Of a stretch of 64,000 nucleotides of DNA, positions 21,901 to 35,400 are shown piece after piece (positions within the stretch are counted from its first letter, which is position 1; each line of letters starts with the position of its first letter). The notes under the pieces were generated by a model, which saw only the letters and a program-made list of their open reading frames with translations, made no database searches and was not told where the DNA came from. The position numbers and the translations under genes were made by a program. This DNA is from Hydrurus foetidus (taxonomy: Eukaryota), in NCBI GenBank assembly GCA_900617105.1, contig UYFQ01000723.1, forward strand, positions 62,001-126,000. Reading direction: 5' to 3'.

Positions 21901-23612
21901 CCTGTTACACATTGTGCTGTTTGATTAATAGTATAACTTGCTTTGCAAATTACAATTTGCGTTTGTACTACTAATTTAATAATCGCTGCACTATCACATC
22001 CTACACTATTAGTTAAATGCACTGTATCTGTTGCACCAGCATTGTAAGTTTTGCATTCCAAGTGTATGGCAAACTGGTGTTACAAATGTAAGTTATGGTG
22101 GTTGACGACGTAGAGGTCGCTTTTACAACTATATTCATCGTATCTGAACAAGTTAATAGGGTATAAATAAATTTGTATGTACCCAACTGTTGACGCAGCA
22201 ATAATACAGTTGCAACTCCAGCTGTTGTTGAACCCAAAGTTGCTCCTGCTGGATTACCAGCTTGTGATATCCAAGTTCCTGTAGTTAGTGCAGTTCCTGT
22301 TAATATTGCACTTGTACCTTGACATATTGATTGGTCTATACCTGCACTTGGTTTTACACAAGTTAATGCTGGTAAATATCCTGCATCTATTGTAGCATTA
22401 TTTATTTATGAACCAGTTCCCCGATAATAGGATAGTAAAATGCTGGGCTGAAGCCTGTTGTTATGTTAGCATCACTATTATTATCTGTTGCTAATGCTAT
22501 AGTTTGTGTTGTTAAACTACTACCTAAATAAGTTGTAGGAAATTTAATTTTATAATTTCCATCCATATTAATATTGAAGTTACAATAACCAGCATTACCA
22601 GCATTGTTAGCTGTTATTGTAGAAGCCACAAAAGTGTTAGTTGTTGCATTCCACAATTCTACAGTTATACCATTAATGCCTGCATTGATGCTTCATTATT
22701 AATGCCATCACCATTTGTGTCTGTCCATACATAACTTGAAATACTCCCCTGTAATTTTGTTATGGTATTTGTGCAGGTTGAAGTTCCACAAGAACTGCTC
22801 ATTGTACAAGTATAACTTGTAGCTGTTGCAGCATTGCCAGTATTCCAAGTGATAGTGCTACCGAAGGAGTTATTGCAGCATTTGCCGCTGATGTTGCATC
22901 TATGCCAACACCACTGTTATTGTTGCAGTTAATGCACCTGCACCTGCTGTTGCAATAATATTATTATGCAAATCAACAGCTCCTGCTTTAGTAAGAGCCC
23001 CGCCATAAAGCGATGATCCTCTAATAAACTTATTGACCCATTAGCTAATAATGTTCCTTTAAATACAGAATAATCTCCTAATGAAAAAGCTCCATTTACT
23101 TGCCAAAAACATTGCAGGCACTAGCACCATTAATTAATAGAATATTTGTGTAAGTGCTAGTTGAGAAAGCCCCATCTATTTGAAAATAAAAATGGCATTT
23201 GAATTTCCGACCATCTAATATCAAATCTCCATTAGGGTGGTTGCTGCTCCCATACAATAAACGTTTGGCGTTAGTGTTTGGTTATTGCCTAAAGTATTTG
23301 ATATAACAGCACCACAAGTAGTTGCCAGTTGTGAATAAGCAATAGCTAAATCTGTAGCAGCGTTTGCCGATGCAGTATTTGCAACGTGGATTTGTCCATT
23401 TATTATACCTGGCGGAAAGCCAGTAAATGCTCCAGCATTTGTACCTATATCACCAGTAATGTTTGATGCTCCCAAATTATTAAATGCACCAGCTGATGTA
23501 AAGACTGCAAAATTTGAAGCAGAACCTAAATTAGGTGCTTGGCAAAAAATAATATTTGGAAACAATAAAAGAAGTAACAAAGACGTTAATAATGTGTATA
23601 GATGATTTTCAT
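18977..23612 (-). CDS. Multidomain T9SS cargo: DUF3494 ice-binding domain + SdrD-B-like + PKD + Ig-like + type A CTD (~1,540 aa)
   Basis: APNLGSASNFAVFTSAGA..ITGDIGT..IHVAN..LTPNVY..FIFQIDGAFS..NVFWQVNGA; YVWTDTNGDGI; WNFGDGTT..NPTHTY; WTSSNIGIATI; IYPNPSTGKF. Confidence 0.85.
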
Positions 23613-23679
23613 TTCAATTGCATTATGTAGTGAGAGAATTCTCAATATGCAAAGGTTAATTTGGTAATTACAAATTCCA

Positions 23680-23712
23680 TTGCACAATTCTGCCCTATAC
23701 TTGCACTTTTCC
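23680..23712 (-). promoter_or_regulatory. Candidate activator site: direct repeat at 21-bp spacing upstream of ice-binding gene
   Basis: TTGCACAATTCT (23680) and TTGCACTTTTCC (23701). Confidence 0.45.
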
Positions 23713-23751
23713 CACATAATATAATAAAGTGAATGTATTAACGTTCGTAAT

Positions 23752-23788
23752 AAAAATGGCTAATAAGTTTACACTTATTAGCCATTTT
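23752..23788 (-). terminator. Rho-independent terminator
   Basis: AAAATGGCTAATAAG-TTTACA-CTTATTAGCCATTTT perfect stem. Confidence 0.85.
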
Positions 23789-23809
23789 ATAAAGTTCAAA
23801 ATTTCTAAA

Positions 23810-24621
23810 CTATTGAAATGTTTCTGTTGCTTGAACAAAACTAGACATTGGCATTGAACGTCCACCAGCATCAATTGTTCCTTTTAAAACAGTAGTTGAG
23901 GTTTTGCTTTTAATAAGCAAAGTATTTACATCAACAGTATAAGTTATAACCATAGTGCCTTCTTGCTTAGAATACATTGTCATTCCATTTGTTCTAATTT
24001 TGATCAAGGCTTACAGTGCTAATTTGCTCAATTGTTGCAATGCCATTTTCAAACTTTTGTATGTGTTTTGCTTGCAATTTTTCTTCTTTGTATCAACTTT
24101 ATCTTCCCAAGTATCGTTAAGAGTAACGGTTTTGTTTATCTTAAAACACATCTAATAACTCACCTTTTCCAATCCACCACCATTGTTATTGCTATTCGCT
24201 GCTTCTAATTTTTCATTTCCCTTATGGTTGTAATTAAACCATTTGCACCAAAGTAATTTTATTGGATTTTTCATTAATGCCTTTACTTGTTCACCCATTT
24301 CTTGGCTGCCATCTTCTGGGTTTTGAGAGTCATAGCTCATTTCTTGTCCCATCATTTCTACATCTGTTTTACAGCAGTAATTTTAACTTCAGCAGTGCCA
24401 CCTGTGCAGTAGTTGCTGATACATCATAAGAGAATGTAGTAGTGTTATCCATTCTTGTGTCATCTCCTTGTCCAGGAATTTCAGTTTTGGTATTTGTAGA
24501 TTGCTTTAACTTGTTTTGTAATTTTTATAGCTGCTTTTGTGTGATTATTGGTTTATAGATTGTGCATTTACCAATACAAATGCAAATAAACCTGCAATAG
24601 AAAGTGTAATTTGTTTTTCAT
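23810..24621 (-). CDS. Exported protein, DUF6263-like
   Basis: Signal peptide MKKQITLSIAGLFAFVLVNAQ; MMGQEMSYDS, DTWEDK, TVDVNTLLIK. Confidence 0.6.
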
Positions 24622-24711
24622 TTTATAAAATTGAGTTGTAAAAGTAGGAGTGCTTTAATAATTTATTGAATAGATTTTGTAGAATTTTACAAAAGGCAAA
24701 AATAGTTGTAT

Positions 24712-27389
24712 TTAGTTACTAAATTGTCTTACACGATTAATTTTAAGTCCCTTAAAATGCCAGACTTGGGGCTAATTGTAATGCTGAACGAACGTAAAAG
24801 GTTTACTGGTGTTACATTGATTGATAGTTGCCAGCAGTGCATTTCTCTTGAAACAAAAAGCTAAGTTGTTGCAATTTACTAGTAGAGAAATCATAATAAC
24901 CCGTGCCTCCCATTTTCCATTTTGGTGATAAATTAAAGTCGCCACTAAAGTTTACACTACTATTTGTGCTTGTTTCAAAACCACTATAATCAGCTTTGGG
25001 TTGACGTGTAAAATTCAAAGAATAAGACAAATTTAATGACCAAGGAATATTAAAATCTGTGAACTCAGCAGGTTGCTACGTGCATATTCTAGTTGTCTTT
25101 GTTGTTCATCGAGTCATAAATGGATCTTTGGGCAAAGCACTATTTTGCTGTGCTTTTTATCATCTTTGGTTTGCTTTTAAATTGTGTGCTAATAGCAAGA
25201 TTACCTCCTGTTATTCTTCCTAATTTAAACTTATCACCTTGCCACATTAACGTCTTTTTTCTATAACCTCTATTATCTACATCGTAAGGATCTAAAACTG
25301 TACTTGCAGAGATATTAATTTTCAAACAAATTTGTTGCAAGCCTTATAGAAAAAGGCTGCAAAGCAAAACTATCAACAGCTAAATTGTATGAACTTGAAA
25401 TACTTAACACATCAATCAATCTTACTTTTTAAATGCTTTGGCAGATGTATCGCTTTTATCTTTTACTTTCATCTCAAACAAATTATCAATACCAAAACTG
25501 ATATTGCCATAAGATGCTTCACTACTCTGCAATTTGCCCAGTTATTTTTGATATTCTAACTGTGTTATTATTAGTATCAGTCTGTAAAGTATAATTATAT
25601 TTAGATTCTAAATTAGGTGTATAATTAAACCCAATTGTTGGTCTTATTTCGTGCCTAATTGCTTGAACATTTTTGAATGTTTGAATAAATATGTACCAAA
25701 ATTCTGGTACTTAATGATAATCCAAAACTTGTGTTTGGCTTTCTTACAAAGCCTTTTGTCGTGGAAGAATCAATTTTTCTAGTTGTGCTGTTCCATACTC
25801 TTCCATAGCTTCTATCGTACCAAGCTTCACTGTATGATATTGATGGTGCAATAGTAACTGGGCCTAGTGTTGGTAACGACAATGAAATAGGAATACTGTG
25901 TGTAGCACTCCATTGCATTGTGTCTAGTATATGATTAATATTAATTGCCGAATCAAAGAATCCAACACTATTTGTAAACTTCCACCATAACCAATTCCAA
26001 GACTTTCATACCATCTTGCTTTACCAATTTTTTCCTTCTTTGAAATGGATAAAAGTTACCACATTCAAACTCATTGTAGGTAACTGCAAATGCACAGATC
26101 TATCTGTTGCATTTTGATCGTGGCTTGCGTTTAAACTAAGATTGGCTTTGCCTCTAAAATCTTTGTATAGTTTATGTTAGAATTGAGACGATTATTAAAA
26201 TTAATGTAGGGATTATTTAGCACAGCCCTGTTAAATCTTGTGCTACCAAAGTTTACATTAGCACCAAACTTGTTCCTGGTCTTGCTCTATTATCTCGATT
26301 ATGATTCCAGGTTACATTAAATGTTTGGCTACTTGTAAACTCTTCTTTAGCACTAGTAAATCTGTTAAGTGTTTTAACATTTTGAAAAGTGATTTCATAC
26401 TACCAGTGTACTTATATCTAACAATATATTTTGGTGCAACATTTATACTCCAACCACCATAAGAATATATTTTGAAAGAAGCGTTACATCAAAATTATCA
26501 TTTAAAACCTTGTAATAACCTAACCCTCCAATCCAATTCCATAATCTTCACTTGTCGTAAATTGAGGGGCCAAAACACCAGAATGTCGCCCACGATTTAA
26601 AGGGTAAATTCCAAAAGGAATTCCAATGGGCATAGGCACACCTTCAAACTCTGGAGATGCAGGCCCACTTACAGCCAATTTGCTGGTAATCATTTTAAGC
26701 TTTCTGGTTCTAAAAGCAAAGTGAGGCACATCTAAATTACAAGTTGTAAACCTTCCTTTCCAACCATAAAAGCATCTTTATCAATCTTTTCAACACCTGT
26801 GCATTTACAAAAGTTCTCCTTCGGTATAAAAAGTATTTACAGTTCTTCCTTTTTGACTTTTCAAATTAAACGCAACAGTATCACTATAAGTTGTGTTTTG
26901 ACCATCTTGCATTTTGGTCTTGTTTAAAGGATTATTTGTGCTATCTGTTGTAACCATAAGCAAACAATGTTTGCTTGGTTCCATCATATTTAATAACGCC
27001 AGCATCCAGTGTCATAGACTTTTGCTCTACAGTGCTTTGCCATACAATATAAATTCCTTAGTAGAAATAATTAAAACACCAGAATCTCTAGCAATATATT
27101 TAACAGGTGCATCTAAAGAATCTTTGATACTTGCAATGTATCAATTGTGTTAACTGTTTTGTGCTTGATTTTTTAGCGATGTATCGCCCAAAAATCATTT
27201 CCTTTTGTTGAGTCAATTTGTCTCGTTTGAGATTTTACAATACTATCTGAGACCTTTTTCTAAAGGTTTTGTTAATGATTGCTTTAAAGGCTTGGTTTGT
27301 GCGTTAGATTTCGTTACTTGCAAAATAAATAGAAACATACAGCTGATAGCTATAATAGAAGATGTATATTTTACGTTATTAAGTTGCAC
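24712..27389 (-). CDS. lptD: LPS assembly protein LptD (Bacteroidota type)
   Basis: DAPVKYIARDS, GRFTTCNLDVPHF, GLEG.GYY, IYSYGGW, IRHEIRPTIGFNY.P, PWSLNLSY, REMHCW, ILRDLK; divergent from amidase. Confidence 0.9.
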
Positions 27390-27464
27390 AGTAGAAATAA
27401 ATATCCTACAAAAATATAGGCTAGTAGTTTACAGCTGTTTTTAAATCATAGTTTAACTTTTTAT

Positions 27465-28365
27465 ATGAATAAAACAAGAATGGTGTTGTTTGGTTTTGCA
27501 GCAATGTCGGTAATTTTATGGCAGCAATTGGCAGCAAAATATTCCACCTGCTAAACAAAAGCAAGGTGTTAGAAAAGTTGTCATAGATCCTGGTCACGGT
27601 GGTAGTGATTATGGTGCTTCGTGTAAATATTCTCACGAAAAAGATATTTCTCTTGCTGTTGCTTTAAAACTTGAAGCAGAAATAAAAACAGATGCCCGAT
27701 GTTGAGATTTATATGACAAGAACTACAGATGTTTTGATCACGTTAGAATTAAAGCTGATAAAGCAAATGCTGCCAAAGGAGATTTATTTATTTCTATTCA
27801 CTGCAACGATGCACCTCCAAATAGACATAGCGAGTTGATTGGTTACAAAACCGTGAAATACAAAAAGGAAAAATGGAAGACTAAAGAAGTTCCTCAATAT
27901 AGAACTTACACTACACCAAGTGCAGCTAAAGGAACAGAAACCTACATTTGGGGGTTGATAAAATGATGATAAAGAAAGAGCTTTAAGAGAAAATGAATCT
28001 ATTTACTCTGATAGTTTAGCAAAAGACGATTTATCTGATGATAAAGATCAAATAATTGCCATTTCATTAAGAATGCAACAATATGCTGAAAGAAGCAGAA
28101 ATCTCGCATTTACAGTGCAAGATGAGTTTGTTAAAGTTGGAAGAGTTAGTAGAGATGCCAGACAAAGAGCTGTTGGCATTTGGGTTTACAAGCAGTAGCA
28201 ATGCCAGCAATTTTAGTTGAGCTGGTTTTATCAGTAATCCAAGAAGAGGCTTATTTGAATAGTGAAGCTGGTCAAAAAGAACTATCTGAAAGTATTAGTA
28301 GAGCAGTAAAACGTTATAAAACAACCATTGAAGCCAAGATTAGTGGAAATAGTGGAAGTAAATAG
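27465..28365 (+). CDS. N-acetylmuramoyl-L-alanine amidase (Amidase_3)
   Basis: VVIDPGHGG, HEKDISL, FISIHCN, GTETY, IWVLQAVAMPAILVE. Confidence 0.93.
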
Positions 28366-28377
28366 ATATCAACTGAG

Positions 28378-28426
28378 TTATAAACAAGAAAGCCGTTCAA
28401 AATTGAACGGCTTTCTTTGTTTATAA
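28378..28426. terminator. Bidirectional terminator
   Basis: TTATAAACAAGAAAGCCGTTCAA-AA-TTGAACGGCTTTCTTTGTTTATAA. Confidence 0.88.
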
Positions 28427-28446
28427 TAGTGATTTGAAAATATTAA

Positions 28447-29437
28447 TTAGAAACCTGGACATCTAACAGCATCTCCAGCAGCAGTTCTTCTATTAAGCTT
28501 TGCTCTGTATGTTGCAGATAATTCCATTCCACCCACGAGATTGAGAATATGTGCTTAACTTAGAAATGTTGATATCGTAGCTTAAACCAAAACTCCAATC
28601 ATAAATATCGAAATTTACAACAGGAATGATAGCATCTCCCCATCTAAAAAGCTACCAAAGTTTACTCCTAAAACTTTATCATCACTGTATCTTCTGCTTA
28701 ATTCAACGCCATATAACATACCAGCTAAAACTGCTCGTTACCATCTTGTTTAAAATAATCAACATAACCAGTTACTTTGTTGTTATCACTAGTCTGTGCA
28801 GAGATACCAGCATTTAAAGTTAATTTTCTACCTAAAATACTAAACTCGCTGTTGTTTGAAAAGTAGTTTAATTTAGGATTATTTACGTGATACATACCAG
28901 CTCCAAAATAGTACTTAATATCATCACCAAAAGTGCTGCTGTAAGTAATACCAGCTCCTAAATCCCAGTAGGTATAACCAGTGCTGTTTAACACTTGGGG
29001 TCGTGCAATTTTAACTCTGTTGGATTAAATTGTGTACTTACTGGCCCTCCCATAAAAGCAATAGACAAATACGTATCATTTACTTGACTCAATGATTTAT
29101 TAAAACAAAGTACTGGCAACAAAGCTGTCCTTTTAAGTTTAATATCACCAGCAACATCATTTGTAGCTTGTAAGCCTAATGTTACCCAATCTCCAATAGC
29201 ATTGTTTAAAGGCATTTTATATTCTGCACTAAATGCACCTGTTTGAAATGGAACACTTACACTTCCCCATTGGCTTCGAAAGTTACCTTTCAATCTAATA
29301 TCTCCATTAAAGATTCCTGCCAAAGCTGGATTCCTTAATAGTGGAGCTTCGTAGAACTGAGAGAAGGTAAGATCTTGAGCAAAGCTCACATTACATAGTG
29401 CAACCAGCACACTCAACGATATTATTATTTTCTTCAT
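28447..29437 (-). CDS. PorP/SprF family T9SS membrane protein
   Basis: AQDLTFSQFYEAPLLRNPALAG, FRSQW, YHVNNP, RWGDAIIP, GLSYDINISKL, C-terminal CPGF. Confidence 0.93.
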
Positions 29438-29458
29438 AACTAAAATTTAATCAGTTAA

Positions 29459-32400
29459 TTATTTTATTACAGCTACGTTACCTGTGTAAGTAAATTTGGT
29501 ACCATTTTCACATATCACCTCGCAAGTATAAATATATACTTCAGTTGGTGCAATCACACCTTTAATCTTACCATCCCAAGCATTAATTCTATCATAATCT
29601 ACGGTGTAAAGTTTGCTCTTTCGAACACAACTTGCCCCCAACGATTAAATATTCTAAAGCTTTTAACAGATTTAATTCCACGAGCTTTAATCCATAAGTA
29701 ATCATTTACACCATCACCATCGTAAACCCATTAGGAATAAATACTTGACTTGCTTCGCAGAAAGCAATGATACAAATATCATCTTGTGCTTTACAACCAT
29801 AAATACTTGTAGCTTCCACATTGTAGCAGATATTATCTTTTACAGTAGCAGTAGGATTACCACAATCTGAACAACTTAAGTTAGTTGCAGGTGTCCAAGC
29901 CCAAGTTGCTATTGATTCACCACCTACAGAAGCAACTAATGGTAAGTTGTTCCTCCTTGCAAGTAAACGGTATCTAAACCAAGGTTAACGTGGAATGTGT
30001 CGCCTACGCCAACATTTACAATATCTGATGGTGAAAACAACTAGCAGAATCTGTAACAGTTACTGTATATGGTGTAGAAAACTAGGCTTAACAGTTATTA
30101 CAGGAAGGTTTGATGGTGTAGTAATACCCGTTCCTGGTGTCCAAGAAATTATACTTGATGGGGTGCACCAAGTACTTTTAATGTAATAGAATCTCCTTTA
30201 CAGATTGAGTCATTAGGACTAGCACTAATAGACACTGAGAAATTATTAACTGTATTCACTCTGATACTAGCTGTATCACTACAACCAAAACTATTGAATC
30301 CAGTCACTACATACTTGGTTAGATTTGGTGGTGCAACTGTTACAACTGATGATGTTGTATTTGGTGTTAATGCCAGATTAGGTGACCACACATAAGATGG
30401 AGCACCAGATGCAGTTAACGTTAAGCTACTACCAGCACAAATTAATGTATCATTACTAGGGCTAATTGAAACGGTTGGAGTAGTTAACACTCTTAATCCT
30501 GGTGTCAAATAATGTTGCAGAACAAGAGGAGTCAGTGATTACCTTTAAAGTATCGAAATATAAAGTGTTAGAAGCCCCAAATGTGGTTTGTGCACTAGGA
30601 GTTGTTCCAATATATGTACTGCCATTACCAAAATTCCAATTGTAGCCATAGCATCTTCAATTGTTGTTGCAGTTGCCAAATAATTAACAGCTTGATTTGC
30701 ACAAGCAGTATCTTGTCTTGCCACAGATGATATTAATGGTAAGTTATTTACTTTAACATAAGTAGGTGCAATAGCAGTTTCATCTGAACAACCACTTATA
30801 GAAGTAACTTTTAATTTAACGTCAATACTACCGGAAGAAGTAAGATTGATTGACGGGTTACTACCCGTGTAAGGATTTGAATTAATTAACCAAGAATAAG
30901 CAAGGGCACCTGGGGTTTGGTTCACTAAAGAACTAGTACCATTGAATGATACATTCGTATTGCCACAATTCCTTGTTTGATTAAAAGTGTATGCAGCCTT
31001 CACATAATCAACTCTAATCGTTCCAACAGCTCCAATAAAATATGGACATCCATTTACAGATTTTAATGTAACAGATGGATTATAATCACCTCCAAGAGCA
31101 TAACTATGTGGAACAGGATTAACAAGTGTAGCATAAGGCACTGTGACAATTGGTGTTCCATCATCAAAATTAATTGTTACACTGTCTGTAGTACTAGCAT
31201 TGATTTGGAAGAAGATCGTTTCATTACCACAAACATAACCAGTTTTGTGAGTCCAGGTTCCGATTGGGCCATTTACATTAACAAATTTACTTGTATCTAT
31301 GTAGGTACAATTGCCAGCATTAGTAATCACTAAACCAATTTTGTAGTTACCATTTTGATTGTATGTATGTAAAACATTGTCTCCAGATTGAGCAACAGGC
31401 TCTCCAAAAGTCCAATTAATAGTACTAATTGGTAGTGTTGTTATTGGAGTTGTGTTAGTAAACTGTACAGTTAATGGTAAGCAACCAGAACCAACTGATG
31501 CAGAAACAAAACTAGCAGGCATTGTGTCTCTAATAGTAACAGTTTGAATGCTGGAAGTATCTGTACATCCAAGAATACCACCTAATGGCAAAGTATGGAA
31601 ACGTGTTGCTGTTAATTTAACAGGGTATGTTCCGCTAAGAGCATAAGTTCTTGTAGGGTTTACACCACCGCCAAAGCCATTACCAAAATCCCAAACATAG
31701 TTAGTAGCAGTATCAGTTAGATTCGTGAATTTAACTGTATCTCCTTTACAAACTGTTGTATTAGGGGTTATTGAATATGCAACTATTGGCGTTCCATAAG
31801 CAAAAACACTATCAGATTTAACCACACTTCCACAAGTTGTGCTACCAGTAAGTGTTACAATAAACTTACCAGATTTGGTGTAAATATGCTTAATTGAATC
31901 GTTGCCATTCGTACTTGGCACTGATAAAGTTCCATCACCAAAATCCCAGAAATAATGAAGTTCCGCCTGTACTATTTGTATAGAAAGTTACAGTGTCAGG
32001 CAAACATTTATACTTGTCAGTACCTTTACTGAAATATTTAAAGTAACAGTATTTGCTGCAATAACAACGCTATTTGTTGCAGAATCAGTTGCACATTCGT
32101 TTGTAGCGGTCACTATTGGATTATATAGCCAAACTAGCTACATTGTATATATAGGTTAGATTGGCAAATTAGAACTACCAATACCATCACCAAATTTCCA
32201 ATTCCAAGTTAAATTAGGGCTACCAATAGTTTGATTTGTAAATGTTATTAAACCACCAGAGCATTGGTATGTTGGACTTAAACCAAACGAAACGTGTGGT
32301 CTTGTTCTTATTTTAATAATGTGATTAGCCTGACTACTTCCACAAGCTGGAGATGGCTGTTAATACAACAGTATAGGAAGTATCTAATCCAGTTGTGCTT

Positions 32401-35400
32401 GGTGCATAATCAATAGGAGTAGGATTAGGATTAGATGTTGAAGTATTGTTACCATAATTAAATATGTATGTAAACAATCCTTGATTTGGTGTTGTGTTTG
32501 TAAAGCTAAATGTTGTGGTATTTAAACCTGTATTATTTGCACAACCACTATCTGCAGATACTGTAAATGATGCAAATGGAGTTGCAGAAGTATAGAACCA
32601 TTTGCTCATACTGTCTGGTTTACAGCCAAAAGTGCTAGTTGCAATAACCGTAACTTTTATACCATCCAAACCAGTTGAAATTGTGTAACCTGGGAATCCA
32701 GCACCAGTTCCTATTGGTGTTCTTACACCAGAACCAGTTGTGGCAAAACCAATTAAAGTTGGTATTTGGAGCTGGTGGATTTGGCACGTCTATATTTATG
32801 GCAAAAGGAGCACATCCAATAACCTTATTACTTGTAAAACTAGCTTTAGCATCTGGATAAACAACAACTGTTGCAACAGCACTAGTATCTGAACATTTAC
32901 CAGAAGTAACTATACGACGGAAATGCAATGTATCTGTTAAATTAAACCCTGGATTATAATCTTGAGTTGTAACTCCTGGATTAGTCCAAATATGATTTGA
33001 TGTATCCGTAGAATTTCCATAATTCCAAACATAATTGTATGTACCACTGCCACCAGTTGGTAAGCTACCAGTAAAGTTTGGTATAGGTGTATTTATACAA
33101 GTTGCATTTGAAGCAGGAGTAATTGTGTTATTAGCAATTTTTGGTTGAACAATAAATTTGATAATATTGCTAAAGTCGTAGCAAGAATCAGACTTAATAA
33201 CTCTACGAATCCAAACATCGGTTGAAGTTGTGAATGTATAGCTATTTGCAGCTAAAGAACCAACTGTCCAAGTTGTTCCATTATCACTAGAATACTGCCA
33301 AGAATAACTAAAAGTACCACCACCACCTGTTGGAGCAACACCAGTTACAACAACAGTAGTTCCACCATACTGTATCTTGTGCTGTAGCAATTGGTTGTAC
33401 ATTTATTGGTGCAGTATTCTTAACAGTTATTGTGTCTGCTGTTGCATCGCAATTCAAGTTTTAACTTTCCAAACAAATGTATAAGTACCCTTAGTTTCAA
33501 TATTAACGCTGACAGGGTTTGTTGTAGTTGTGTAATTGTTTGATGCATCAAAACAAATCCACCTCCAACACCACTAGATATTTGACCACTTATCATCTCC
33601 CAATAACCAGTACCAACAACCGAGTATTACCCTGTAAAACGATTGTCTGGACATTACAAACAGCAGTATCATTTCCCGTTTTGGCTACATCAGCTCCTGT
33701 TGGCAAGAAAATTCGAATTGGTGCTGAAGTATCGGGATTACAGTTGCCATTTTGCATTATAGCTCTGTACCAACTAGTTTGATTTATTGTTGCACCAAAG
33801 AATGCACCTATCCCAGCTGGGTATATGGTCCATTTTGTGAAGTAGTAGAAACAATCCAACGTGGATTAGAATTACCACGATATCCAGTAAGTGTAAGAAA
33901 TACGGTTGTTCCTGGCACACAAACAACAGTATCAGTAGTATGAAAGCAACACCAGCAAACGGATGGACTGTCAACAAAGAAACTAATACCTGAAGTTTGA
34001 GCAGAATCTTTACAACCAAAATTCCATCCTTTTGAATATATGTAGGCAGAAAAATCAGTCTGCTTAAATAATGTATAGATTAATGAATCAGATGTAGCTG
34101 GTGTAATTGTATATCCTGTAAAGGATTATTGTGCGTTTGCCAACTTCCAACATCACCTTTGTTTTATCGTAATTTGCTTTTATTGTGACAGTTGATCCTT
34201 GGCAATAGCTACTTTGAATTGGAGAAAACTTAAAGAACCACCAGATGGCTTAGAATAAGCACGAAGTAAAACAGTGTCTACTTTATCTGGGCAAACGCCT
34301 TGATTTGTTACACGAAGCTCAATCGGATAAACACCAGCATTTGTATAGTTAAATGTATAATTTAAACTAATTAAACCAGTTCCATTCCATTTAACAAATT
34401 CATAAGGAAGTCTTGGTCTTGTTAAAGTTCCTTTAAAATTGGCAGTTCTTTGCACAGTCCCTGTTACATCACAAACAGAAGTATCTAACCCTGCAAATGG
34501 TGTTGGAAGCGTGTCAAATATTTGTACATCTACATCTGCAGAAGTTGATGAACATCCTGCTAAAGCAGGTGCAATTGTCCATCTGTATGTATAACTACCT
34601 CCAGCAACCATATCACACACAACCGTTACAGAATCATTCAAATCAGTAAATGTTGGTGTATTTGGAGTGGAAGATACTATACTAAATGTTCCTAAACCAG
34701 CTACACCAGGTTTACTATGTCTTATTGTGTCGCAAGACTTATTACAAGTATATCGTGGATTTCCACCATAGATTACAGCTACATTAGGTCCAGGAGTAAC
34801 AACAACAAAATTGCTATCTGCAGTTCCATTGCAACCATATTTAGATGTCGCCCTAACACGGTAACGAATTGTGTCTGTTATTAATGAACTGTTAATAAGA
34901 ATATCACTAATAAGACCAGGCTGGTTTACACCACTTGAATTACCTGTTACAACATTTTGTGTTGAATATGATATCCAACTAAATAAGTCAGTAGAAACAG
35001 CACTAGTAATTTGTAATTTAGCAGTATCTGCACTACACATACTATGTGTAGGGTTATTTGGATATAATAAGTTAATTGTTGGTGTACTAGGTATTGGTCT
35101 CACTGTATCTGTTACAGTAAATGGATTACCCACACAACCATCTTTTTAGGCAATAAAGTGTATTGAACAATACCGTTTCCTGTTAAAACATCGGGTATCA
35201 TAGTACCTCCAATGGCGTTATTTGTTGGTCCAGTTACAGCACCAGCCAAAATAGCATAAGTCCAAGTAAATGAAGAACCAACCAACCCTGGTTTTGAAAT
35301 TTGATAATTAACTGCAGAACCGAGCAAGAATTAAACGCAGTATCATTAACTGTTACACAAGGGCGAATAAATAATTTACGAATACCACTCATAACAGCAC

